Shown here: in pieces, positions 36,101 to 43,393 of the stretch
How positions within the stretch are numbered: the first letter of the stretch is position 1
How the letters are laid out: each line of letters opens with the position of its first letter
IMG/VR virus record: IMGVR_UViG_2873258297_000006
Location: 1-64,000 of that record
DNA length: 64,000 bases
Direction: 5' to 3' (one strand)
Origin: a virus
Taxonomy: Duplodnaviria > Caudoviricetes
The notes under the pieces: model-generated
Seen by the model: only the letters and a program-made list of their open reading frames with translations
Told to the model about the DNA's origin: nothing
Databases searched by the model: none
Position numbers and translations under genes: made by a program

Positions 36101-36706
36101 ATGCTCACCCTGAAGATCCAGCAGATGACGGTCGACGGGCACCCCTACCTGTGCCCTGACTGTGCCTCGCAGGCCTTCACTCTCGACGGCAGCGGCTTCA
36201 TCGACGCGTTCCCCGTCTGGGGCAACTGCTGGAACGGCCACAGGTGGGAAGAGCCCCTCATCACCCTCGGCACGCTGAAGGAAATCAAGGCTGCGAGCAC
36301 CGGCCGCGAGCGCGCCGAGGACGACGACGCCTTCGCGATCGTCATCGGCGGCGCCGTCCTCGCAGGGATCCTCCACCCCGAACTCACCGCCGACGACCTG
36401 AAGACGGCAGGCGGCGCCGCCTGGAAGCGGATCATCAAGCCCGCTGTGCGTCGTCGGAAGCGCGCAGCCTTCCGTGCCGTCAAGCGGCCCGTCTCCAACG
36501 CGGTCGCCGCCGCGCAAGCCGCAGCCATCGGTGCCGCTTGGGTCCTCCAGGCCGGCGGCCACAGCCCCGACCCCGACTACAAGCCCGAGCCCATCAACCC
36601 GTGCGCTGCCTGCGGCGGGAAGGGCGGCCACAACATCGAATACCGCCTGCACAAAACCACCCGCGTCCGCTGCTCCGTGTGCTCCGGCACCGGCGAAATC
36701 GACTAG
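36101..36706 (+). CDS. Zinc-ribbon protein with DnaJ-type CxxCxGxG motifs
   Basis: CPDC..CWNGH at the N-terminus; CAACGGKG and CSVCSGTG at the C-terminus. Confidence 0.7.
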   Translation: MLTLKIQQMTVDGHPYLCPDCASQAFTLDGSGFIDAFPVWGNCWNGHRWEEPLITLGTLKEIKAASTGRERAEDDDAFAIVIGGAVLAGILHPELTADDLKTAGGAAWKRIIKPAVRRRKRAAFRAVKRPVSNAVAAAQAAAIGAAWVLQAGGHSPDPDYKPEPINPCAACGGKGGHNIEYRLHKTTRVRCSVCSGTGEID

Positions 36707-36719
36707 GAGACCCACCACC

Positions 36720-37208
36720 ATGCCCACCCTGCCCGAGCCGAAGCCCACCGCCCCCGCGGCCGGGCAGGCCCACCTCAACGACCAAGCGCAGCAGCTCCTC
36801 GCCGCGATCGAGGACGCCATGCGCACCCCAACCAGCTTCCGCGACGACACACCGGTTCCGCACCACGGCACCGCCCCGCCCGTACCCCAACCCGGACGGC
36901 CGCCAATGAGCCAGGGCGCCGTCGACGCCAGCACGATGATGCTGTCCGGGGGAGTCGCGACCGTCCTCGTCGGCGGTGCCGCCTCGCTCGTGATGCTGGC
37001 GTCCGGACATGCCGACCCCACCGTGTGCGCCATCATCTTCGGTGCCCCCGCCGGGCTCGTCCTCGCCCTCAGCCGGCTCGTCAAGCGAGCCAAGGAATCC
37101 CAGCCCGACGAGCACCACCACCACTACAACGGCACCGTCTACCAGGACCAGCGCCACACCCACACCTCGACCCGCGGCGTGTGGGCGAAAACCAACAACC
37201 AGCAGTGA
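36720..37208 (+). CDS. Membrane protein (spread-protein-like)
   Basis: AGGAGA RBS; Pro-rich N-terminus, two TMs, HHHHYNGTVYQDQR tail. Confidence 0.7.
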   Translation: MPTLPEPKPTAPAAGQAHLNDQAQQLLAAIEDAMRTPTSFRDDTPVPHHGTAPPVPQPGRPPMSQGAVDASTMMLSGGVATVLVGGAASLVMLASGHADPTVCAIIFGAPAGLVLALSRLVKRAKESQPDEHHHHYNGTVYQDQRHTHTSTRGVWAKTNNQQ

Positions 37209-37223
37209 GAGGACACTCACCCC

Positions 37224-37373
37224 ATGACCAACACCCCGAAGCCCGCCCGCAAGCACACGCCCCTGAAGGCCATCAACCCGAACAGCCAGGCCACAGCCCG
37301 CGCCGCGGGACGCGTCGGCGACATCCCCGGCAGGCGTCCTGTCAAGCCCATCACCTTCGACTCCGCGCTGTAG
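37224..37373 (+). CDS. Small basic hypothetical protein
   Basis: GAGAGGA RBS; 49 aa. Confidence 0.45.
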   Translation: MTNTPKPARKHTPLKAINPNSQATARAAGRVGDIPGRRPVKPITFDSAL

Positions 37374-37390
37374 CGCACCGCAGACGCGAG

Positions 37391-37421
37391 GGTCCCTGCT
37401 GACTTGGGAGTAGCAGGGGCC
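37391..37421 (+). terminator. Hairpin ending the transfer operon
   Basis: GGTCCCTGCT / AGCAGGGGCC stem. Confidence 0.55.
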
Positions 37422-37494
37422 TTCGTCGTTCCCGCCCGCATTGTCAGCGGTGGGGGCTACGATCCCGGCCACACCGAGAGTTCCGGGGGGAACC

Positions 37495-37797
37495 ATGAGC
37501 CGCCGCACTGTCCTGATCATCCTGTCCGCTGCCGTCGCCGCACTCGTCATCGCCGGGGCCGTCGTGTGGCTGAACGCCAAGTCGTATGACGACACCGTTG
37601 CGGCCTGCAAGAAGGCTTTGGACTCGTCGTCGACCAAGACTCATCGACCCAGTGCCTGCGAGGGCGTGAAGCAGGATGACTACGACGCTCTCCTGGTGGG
37701 CTGGGCTTTGAAGCACGCGTTCGACGACATGCCGAAGTCGGACCAGGACATGCTCGACTACTACGACGACGGGTCGATCAACGGCAGCATCGGCTGA
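37495..37797 (+). CDS. Membrane-anchored/secreted moron protein
   Basis: N-terminal signal or TM; two Cys; bracketed by terminators. Confidence 0.7.
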   Translation: MSRRTVLIILSAAVAALVIAGAVVWLNAKSYDDTVAACKKALDSSSTKTHRPSACEGVKQDDYDALLVGWALKHAFDDMPKSDQDMLDYYDDGSINGSIG

Positions 37798-37809
37798 CCA
37801 GGCGTAGCC

Positions 37810-37839
37810 AGGCCCCGCTCCGGAGTTCGGGCGGGGCCT
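37810..37839. terminator. Bidirectional hairpin terminator
   Basis: AGGCCCCGC / GCGGGGCCT stem between converging genes. Confidence 0.7.
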
Positions 37840-37854
37840 TCGTCATGCGGCGGG

Positions 37855-38136
37855 CTACTGGCCGTCGTACTCGTACACGAGGGTGCCGTCGTCGTCGCGG
37901 CTGGGCTGACCGAGACCGTCGAGGCGCGGCCGGTAGAGCGCTTTGGGGAGCGGCCGGAGCGGGGTGGTGAGGTCGGCGATCGTGGGCGGCCCCGTGTCGA
38001 CGGGGAGCACGATGCCGAGGGGCGGCTCACCGGTGGACCATGCCATGGTCCGGCCGTCGCCGGGGACGCCGATGAATCGGACGCGCGTGTGGTCGTTGTC
38101 GAGGTAGAGCGGCAGAAGGTCGCTGGGCTCGCTCAT
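37855..38136 (-). CDS. Hypothetical protein
   Basis: ATGA coupling, GAGGAG RBS. Confidence 0.6.
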   Translation of the reverse strand: MSEPSDLLPLYLDNDHTRVRFIGVPGDGRTMAWSTGEPPLGIVLPVDTGPPTIADLTTPLRPLPKALYRPRLDGLGQPSRDDDGTLVYEYDGQ

Positions 38137-38441
38137 GTGGTCGGCTCCTCGCCCGGGCGCACCGGGCCCGCGCTGGCGTGGGGCGCCGACTTGACCTCGT
38201 GGCCGCAGGGAAGGTAGCGCGTGACTACCACCCTCTCGAACACGCTGGCCTCCGGGTCTTCCAGCCAGTATCGGAAACGCTCGAACTCGACGTTGCAGAC
38301 GGGGCAGCGCCGCTGCTGCTCGGCGAGCTCGCGGGCGTACCCGTTCATCAGGTCACTCGCCTCGTCTACCGAGACGCCGAGGACAAGGAGCTTGTTGTAC
38401 AGCTTCCAGGACGGGCGGCTCATGTCGAGGGCATCGCTCAT
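38133..38441 (-). CDS. Hypothetical protein
   Basis: Coupled; YARELAEQQR motif shared with 20172-20423. Confidence 0.6.
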   Translation of the reverse strand: MSDALDMSRPSWKLYNKLLVLGVSVDEASDLMNGYARELAEQQRRCPVCNVEFERFRYWLEDPEASVFERVVVTRYLPCGHEVKSAPHASAGPVRPGEEPTT

Positions 38442-38656
38442 GCGGTCTTCTCCTCGCTGCTCGCCGGGCGCTTCGAGCGGCCATCATCCACGGCCGGGGC
38501 CTTCGTCGTGCGGGCGGGGACGGCGCGCGCCATCCACCGGTTGTCGGTGAGGAGCTTCGGCAGCATCACCGGCACGAACCCGGCATCCACCAGCAGGGCG
38601 AGCCCTTCCGCGCACTCGTCCTGACTGTCCGCCTGCACACCGACTCGGATCGCCAT
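38438..38656 (-). CDS. Small hypothetical protein
   Basis: 72 aa, coupled to the next gene. Confidence 0.6.
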   Translation of the reverse strand: MAIRVGVQADSQDECAEGLALLVDAGFVPVMLPKLLTDNRWMARAVPARTTKAPAVDDGRSKRPASSEEKTA

Positions 38657-38708
38657 ATCGGCAGTGTGCCCGGGGTGGTGGGGGAGGCGGGGCGGTTTGC
38701 GGGAAGCG

Positions 38709-38963
38709 CTACTCGGTCTCGGCGGCCGGCTGCGTCTCGGTTGCTCCAGAAGCCCGTTCAGCGTCGACGCGGTCGGCGATCTTCCGCGCCCATTCCCTGC
38801 TGTAGGGCGTGTGCTTGGCGATCGTCATGAGGGGTACACCGGCTGACCGCGCGTCGGCGATCAGTTCTTCGAGGCTTGTCCTGGCCTTCTCGTGGGTGGC
38901 GGTTGCTCGGTCGAGTTTGCGTAGCCAGGCGGCTTCGGTGTGCGGGTCGGGGCGGGGCGTCAT
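38709..38963 (-). CDS. Small HTH repressor
   Basis: LEELIADARSAGVPLMTIAKHTPYSREWARKIA. Confidence 0.7.
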   Translation of the reverse strand: MTPRPDPHTEAAWLRKLDRATATHEKARTSLEELIADARSAGVPLMTIAKHTPYSREWARKIADRVDAERASGATETQPAAETE

Positions 38964-38987
38964 GTCCCAGATGGTCTCACGCGTGGG

Positions 38988-39109
38988 TGCCAAGTCGGTA
39001 GGCAGGTTGCTGCCAACTCGGTTGGCGCTGTCTTCGCGATTCGTCATGCCAACTATGTTGCACTCTCGGTGGTGGTCGTGTCATCATCGAAGTGCCAACA
39101 AAGTGGGCA
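38988..39109. promoter_or_regulatory. Four 17 bp pseudo-palindromic operators TGCCAAC-N3-GTTGGCA
   Basis: Copies at 38988, 39011, 39047, 39093 in the divergent intergenic region. Confidence 0.75.
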
Positions 39110-39141
39110 GTAAGTCGCAGCAGGAACCGCAGGGGGACCCG

Positions 39142-39480
39142 TTGATCGCCTCGAACCGCAGCCGCCGCGCCACGCTGAAGGCCCGCAGCGTCGCGACCCG
39201 CGCCGCCGCCCGCATCGCCCGCAAGGGCGTGGCCACGCTCGCGAGTCACTGTCTGGCCGCCGGCCTGGCCCCCAAGGAGGCGCGCACCGTCGCCAGTAGC
39301 CTGCGAAAGAACGCCGCCAAGGCCGGCGTGACCGGCGTCGTCGGCACCGCCTACCGCAAAGGTCTGGCTCGCCAGTGCACCCGCTACACCCCGGCCGAGG
39401 TCGCCGCCATCGCCGTCATCTACCGACCCAGGCGGGCCGAGTTCAAGATCGTCGCCGCCCGCCTTGCTCTCGCCGCCTGA
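39142..39480 (+). CDS. Basic Ala/Arg-rich phage protein
   Basis: TTG start with AGGGGGA RBS; first gene of the rightward cluster. Confidence 0.65.
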   Translation: MIASNRSRRATLKARSVATRAAARIARKGVATLASHCLAAGLAPKEARTVASSLRKNAAKAGVTGVVGTAYRKGLARQCTRYTPAEVAAIAVIYRPRRAEFKIVAARLALAA

Positions 39481-39498
39481 CGCCGGGAAAGGAACCCC

Positions 39499-39711
39499 AT
39501 GCTCAACCCGATGATCCGCCACGTACCCGGCACGCCCGTCCGCTACCACGGCAGCATCACCACCCTGCACGGCACCTACCAGGCCCACCCGTGCTGCTGC
39601 CTCCGCTGCGACGACCCGATCCTCGGCACTCCGCGGTTCCGGCTCGCCGACGCGGCTGGGAAGACCGTCGTGTGCTGCGTCCGCGCCCGCTCCATCACCC
39701 CCGCCGCCTGA
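39499..39711 (+). CDS. Small protein with Cys cluster
   Basis: GAAAGGA RBS; GTPVRYHGSIT..HG.Y...PC.C..C. Confidence 0.65.
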   Translation: MLNPMIRHVPGTPVRYHGSITTLHGTYQAHPCCCLRCDDPILGTPRFRLADAAGKTVVCCVRARSITPAA

Positions 39712-39726
39712 TCGAACGGAGAACCC

Positions 39727-39882
39727 ATGCCCCGCATGATCGGCCGCCAGTGCCCCGACGGGCCTGGTGGACGCGACTGCCACTGCTGCGGCCAGCCGCC
39801 CGGCCAGCAGCGGAAGACCGCCCGCCGCCGGATGAAGCGCAGTGAGCGCAACGCCTGGAAGCGCGACACCCGCCGCACCTGA
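39727..39882 (+). CDS. Small basic Cys-containing protein
   Basis: GGAGA RBS; CHCCG, MKRSER.AWKR; not in the ORF track. Confidence 0.55.
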   Translation: MPRMIGRQCPDGPGGRDCHCCGQPPGQQRKTARRRMKRSERNAWKRDTRRT

Positions 39883-39924
39883 CCGCCACCAGCAACCGCC
39901 AGACCCGAACCGAAAGAGCACCCC

Positions 39925-40305
39925 ATGACCGATACCGCGAACTGGATCTGCCCGCAGCACCCCTTCGGGCACACGTGGCAGGCCGACTCCCTCAAGTGCA
40001 CCCTGTGCGAGGCCCGGCGGACCGCAAGCGAAGCGATCGTGGCGCTCCTCGCTGGACTCCCCGGCTGGGACATCCCCCGAGCCGAACGCCTCATCTCCGC
40101 CCACCAGGCCGAAGCGGCACCCCCTGCCGACGACACGATTCCCCTCACCGTCCACTGGGACCGGATCGTCATGCACCCCGGCGAGACCGATGACGACACG
40201 ATCGTCGGCTGCCTTACCGAGGACGGACGGCCCGCCGCCCTCGTCCTCGACGACGAGCACCGCGAAGCCCTCGGCCTCATGCTCGTGGACCCGGACGGCA
40301 ACTGA
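39925..40305 (+). CDS. Hypothetical protein
   Basis: 126 aa, coupled to the next gene. Confidence 0.6.
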   Translation: MTDTANWICPQHPFGHTWQADSLKCTLCEARRTASEAIVALLAGLPGWDIPRAERLISAHQAEAAPPADDTIPLTVHWDRIVMHPGETDDDTIVGCLTEDGRPAALVLDDEHREALGLMLVDPDGN

Positions 40306-40628
40306 TGCCTCTCATCGACGACATCGAGTTCTACGGCCGTGCCGTCGCCGCAGGCGAACTCGACCGGGCTCGGGCTGCCGAACTGTTGGCCCGGGACAGC
40401 GGCAGTTTCTTCACCGTGCCGTGCGCGGCCAGCTGGATCGACGGCTGGGAAGGCGTCCGCGCCCGCTTGGACCGAATCCACTCCGACGTGTTCCACACGC
40501 TGAAAGCCATCGAGAACGGGCGGCCGGTCCGCTACCGGGCACTCCCGCCGAAGCTCCCCGCCTGGGAGGAAAGCCCGCACGAAGCCGCCCGCTACGACCG
40601 CCACCACTTCGAACGAGACGAGGACTGA
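40305..40628 (+). CDS. Hypothetical protein
   Basis: TGATG coupling. Confidence 0.6.
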   Translation: MPLIDDIEFYGRAVAAGELDRARAAELLARDSGSFFTVPCAASWIDGWEGVRARLDRIHSDVFHTLKAIENGRPVRYRALPPKLPAWEESPHEAARYDRHHFERDED

Positions 40629-40630
40629 AC

Positions 40631-40936
40631 ATGGCCAGCATCACCACGAAGGTGCGGCAGCACCTCATCTCCCTGCGCCTGCAGGGTGCACCCGATGTCG
40701 AGAATCGCCACGGGCCCGGCGTACTTCGCCCGACCGAGGTCCGGGTCACCTACTGGTACGACGGCGACGAGGCGACAACCCCCGACGCCACGGTGCGGCT
40801 CTTCGGCTTGTGGGTGAGCGAGGGCGGCGAAGGGACCGACCACGTAATGGATCAGTCCTACACGGGTCCGCAACGGAACTGGCCCGAGTGGCTCGTCGAG
40901 ATCGTCCGAGTCAACCAGCCCAAGACGCGCCGATGA
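40631..40936 (+). CDS. Hypothetical protein
   Basis: GAGGA RBS; ends PEWLVEIV. Confidence 0.6.
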   Translation: MASITTKVRQHLISLRLQGAPDVENRHGPGVLRPTEVRVTYWYDGDEATTPDATVRLFGLWVSEGGEGTDHVMDQSYTGPQRNWPEWLVEIVRVNQPKTRR

Positions 40937-41160
40937 CCGCCCTGCCCACCCCGTCGCTGGCTGAGGAGTTCCCGATCCGGCAGGTCCGGTTCGTCAACGG
41001 CCGCACTTATCACCGCACCCGCCGGCCCGACGACGAACGCTGGTGGGACCTCCTCGAAGCCGCCTGCGGAAAGCAGGGCTACCTCGCCCGCGGCTACCCG
41101 AACGGCGCCATCCGCGAATGCCCCGGCTGCGTGCGGGCCGTCGAAGCCGACACCGCATGA
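40933..41160 (+). CDS. Small zinc-binding protein
   Basis: ATGA overlap; YH...ACG...CPGC. Confidence 0.6.
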   Translation: MTALPTPSLAEEFPIRQVRFVNGRTYHRTRRPDDERWWDLLEAACGKQGYLARGYPNGAIRECPGCVRAVEADTA

Positions 41161-41174
41161 CCGACACCGCATGA
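41147..41174 (+). repeat. 14 bp perfect tandem duplication at a gene junction
   Basis: CCGACACCGCATGA twice. Confidence 0.85.
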
Positions 41175-41329
41175 CCGGCACCAACCCGATGGGCTGCCGC
41201 TGGTGCGGCATCGACCAGCGGCCCCACGCCATCCAGTACGGCGCCAACGGCCCCCACACCTGGCAGCAGCCCACCCAGCAGCAAATCAAAGGCCGCATGC
41301 TCGCCCGGCGAGCAGAAAGGAAACCATGA
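41171..41329 (+). CDS. Small Cys/His protein
   Basis: PMGCRWCGI..R.H..QY......HTWQQP; not in the ORF track. Confidence 0.55.
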   Translation: MTGTNPMGCRWCGIDQRPHAIQYGANGPHTWQQPTQQQIKGRMLARRAERKP

Positions 41330-41562
41330 CCACCTGGCCGTTCGGCACCGACGCCGACGAACACGACCCGCAGGCCACGCCCGAGTGCGGCCAGCACGGC
41401 CCGATGGAGCAGCGCCAGCCTGAGACGCCCGAACAGCGCTGGTGCGGTACCTGGTACCAGTGCACGTCTTTTCGGTGCGGCTCGGCGGCCCTGCTTCCTT
41501 CGCTCGAACTGCGAGCACAGCTCGCCGCCCAACGGGCAGCTTCATCGAAGGCCGCAGCATGA
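41326..41562 (+). CDS. Small hypothetical protein
   Basis: GAAAGGA RBS; PECGQHG...WCG.WY.C...C. Confidence 0.55.
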   Translation: MTTWPFGTDADEHDPQATPECGQHGPMEQRQPETPEQRWCGTWYQCTSFRCGSAALLPSLELRAQLAAQRAASSKAAA

Positions 41563-41864
41563 CCGACCGCCGCCTCATGTCCGCCCGCCGCGCCCAAGAG
41601 ATTATCGAGGGCGCCGAGTTGGTCAAAGCCCCCGACTGGCGGGACACCCGCAACTGGCATGTCGTGGCCGCCGACGGCACAGTCCTGGTCGTCGTCGCAC
41701 CCTCCTACGGCGGCACGTCCCGCACGGGCCGCAACGGGTGGAAGTACTTCCTGGCCGCGATGGGTCCCTCCGGCAACCGCGACCCAGAACCCACCCGTCA
41801 GCAAGCCGCTGCCCGCGGACTCGCCGCATGGAAGCGATGGGTTACCACCGCAGCCCGCCGATGA
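41559..41864 (+). CDS. Hypothetical protein
   Basis: ATGA overlap. Confidence 0.6.
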   Translation: MTDRRLMSARRAQEIIEGAELVKAPDWRDTRNWHVVAADGTVLVVVAPSYGGTSRTGRNGWKYFLAAMGPSGNRDPEPTRQQAAARGLAAWKRWVTTAARR

Positions 41865-41922
41865 GCCGCACCGTGCAGGGCCCGCCGCCAGCCCGGGGCG
41901 GGCCTGCGGCGTGCGTGCGGCG

Positions 41923-42147
41923 CTAGCTGGGGTCGCGCCGCCACGGCCGACTGGACTCGCTTGGCCGCCGCCCGCCACCAAACTGGCGCCGTGCGGCAGT
42001 CGTCACCATCACCCCGATCAAGACCACCCCAGACAGGGCCGCAAGGACGGTCCAGCCCTGCGCAATGCTGACGAGAAGCAAGACGAAAGCCGCGACGAAT
42101 ACGCCAGCGTCCACGGCTCCGGGCTTATGTGCGGGTGCGTCACTCAT
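41923..42147 (-). CDS. Small two-TM membrane protein
   Basis: VFVAAFVLLLVSIAQGWTVLAALSGVVLIGVMV. Confidence 0.6.
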   Translation of the reverse strand: MSDAPAHKPGAVDAGVFVAAFVLLLVSIAQGWTVLAALSGVVLIGVMVTTAARRQFGGGRRPSESSRPWRRDPS

Positions 42148-42232
42148 GGCGGCGAGTGTGACGTGTGCCGAGCGTGTCCGGAATGGGTGTTGATGAGTTC
42201 GTTACGTCATCTGCCGTCGCGGTCGCTGACCA

Positions 42233-42427
42233 TCAGCGCCCCTTGCGTGCCGCGCGGCGGCGCCCGGCCGCGGCCATCTTCGCCATGCGCTTGGCCCCGT
42301 ACTTCTTGCGTCCAGCAGCTGCTGCGACGGCGTTGGGATCTCTGGCGCCTGATCTGCGGGCCGAGGCGGCGACGGCTTTGAACCGCTTGCCCGAGCCGAG
42401 CTTCGGGGTCTTCTTCTTCGCTGCCAT
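42233..42427 (-). CDS. Small very basic (K/R/A-rich) protein
   Basis: KLGSGKRFKAV...GARDP.AVAAAAGRKKYGAKRMAKMAAAGRRR; GGAAGG RBS. Confidence 0.7.
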   Translation of the reverse strand: MAAKKKTPKLGSGKRFKAVAASARRSGARDPNAVAAAAGRKKYGAKRMAKMAAAGRRRAARKGR

Positions 42428-42498
42428 GCCTTCCATGGTGCGCCCGCGTCAGCGGTTGCGGTAGGGGAGTTAGCGACCAATGCGCGCCCGTGTCCTAC

Positions 42499-42514
42499 GA
42501 TTCAAAGGTGAAGG
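42499..42514 (+). promoter_or_regulatory. Conserved late-gene upstream motif, copy 1
   Basis: GATTCAAAGGTGAAGG upstream of terS; matches 44958 and 48429. Confidence 0.5.
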
Positions 42515-42556
42515 TGATGTAATTCTGGCGATTCAACGGCAGCGAGGAGCTGGGGT

Positions 42557-43156
42557 ATGGCTGGCGGACCCAACCCATACAAGAGGAAAAACCCGGCCGA
42601 GCACGCCGAGAAGGCGGCCATCGTCTTCCAACTCAAGCTTGACGGGCACTCCTTCCGCGCCATCGAAGCGATCACCGCCGCACCCAACGGGCCCACCAAT
42701 GGTGTCCGCATCCCCTGGACCACCGCCCGCGACCTCCTGCGCGAGGAGTTGGCACGCCGCGTCGACCCGAAGATCGACGCCTACCGGACCCTCCACCTCG
42801 CCCGCCTCGAAGCCGAACTCGTCCGCCTCAGCGAGCTTGAGGCCCGAGCCAAACAGGTACTCGACCGGCACCACATCACCGTCAACAACGGCCGCGTCAT
42901 CAGCATCGACGGCGAACCCCTCCAGGACGACGGCCCCGTTCTCGCCGCCATCGACCGCCTCATCAAGATCGAAGACGCGCGGCGAAAGAACAACGAATCC
43001 CAGCGCAAACTCCTCGGGCTCGACGCCCCCACCAAAGTCGACGCCCAAGTCACCGAAGTCACCCAGCAGGACATCGAACTGCAGGAGATGCTCCGCGAAG
43101 CCAAAGCCAAGGTGCAGATCGAAGAGCAGCGCATCATCGACGGCGGTAACTCGTGA
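42557..43156 (+). CDS. Terminase small subunit (putative)
   Basis: N-terminal HTH, RRKLLGLDAPTK-like C-terminus, position upstream of terL; GAGGAG RBS. Confidence 0.7.
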   Translation: MAGGPNPYKRKNPAEHAEKAAIVFQLKLDGHSFRAIEAITAAPNGPTNGVRIPWTTARDLLREELARRVDPKIDAYRTLHLARLEAELVRLSELEARAKQVLDRHHITVNNGRVISIDGEPLQDDGPVLAAIDRLIKIEDARRKNNESQRKLLGLDAPTKVDAQVTEVTQQDIELQEMLREAKAKVQIEEQRIIDGGNS

Positions 43157-43392
43157 CCCGCAGCACCTACTTCATCGAATCCCTCGTCCCGTCCTGGCTG
43201 ATGCACGACGGCGGCTACCGAGCCGCCCTCACCCAACACCTCCGCGACCGGCTCACCCTCCAGGGCTACGACATCGTCGCCCCCATCCGCATCCGCCCCG
43301 AGGCCGGGCAAGTCCCGCCGCCCGTCGGCATGCTGATGCTGCGCGTCGAAACGGAAGTCGAAGAGTTCGACATCGAGGTCGGCGAGGACTGA
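43153..43392 (+). CDS. Small hypothetical protein between terS and terL
   Basis: GTGA overlap, 79 aa. Confidence 0.55.
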   Translation: MTRSTYFIESLVPSWLMHDGGYRAALTQHLRDRLTLQGYDIVAPIRIRPEAGQVPPPVGMLMLRVETEVEEFDIEVGED

Positions 43393-43393
43393 C

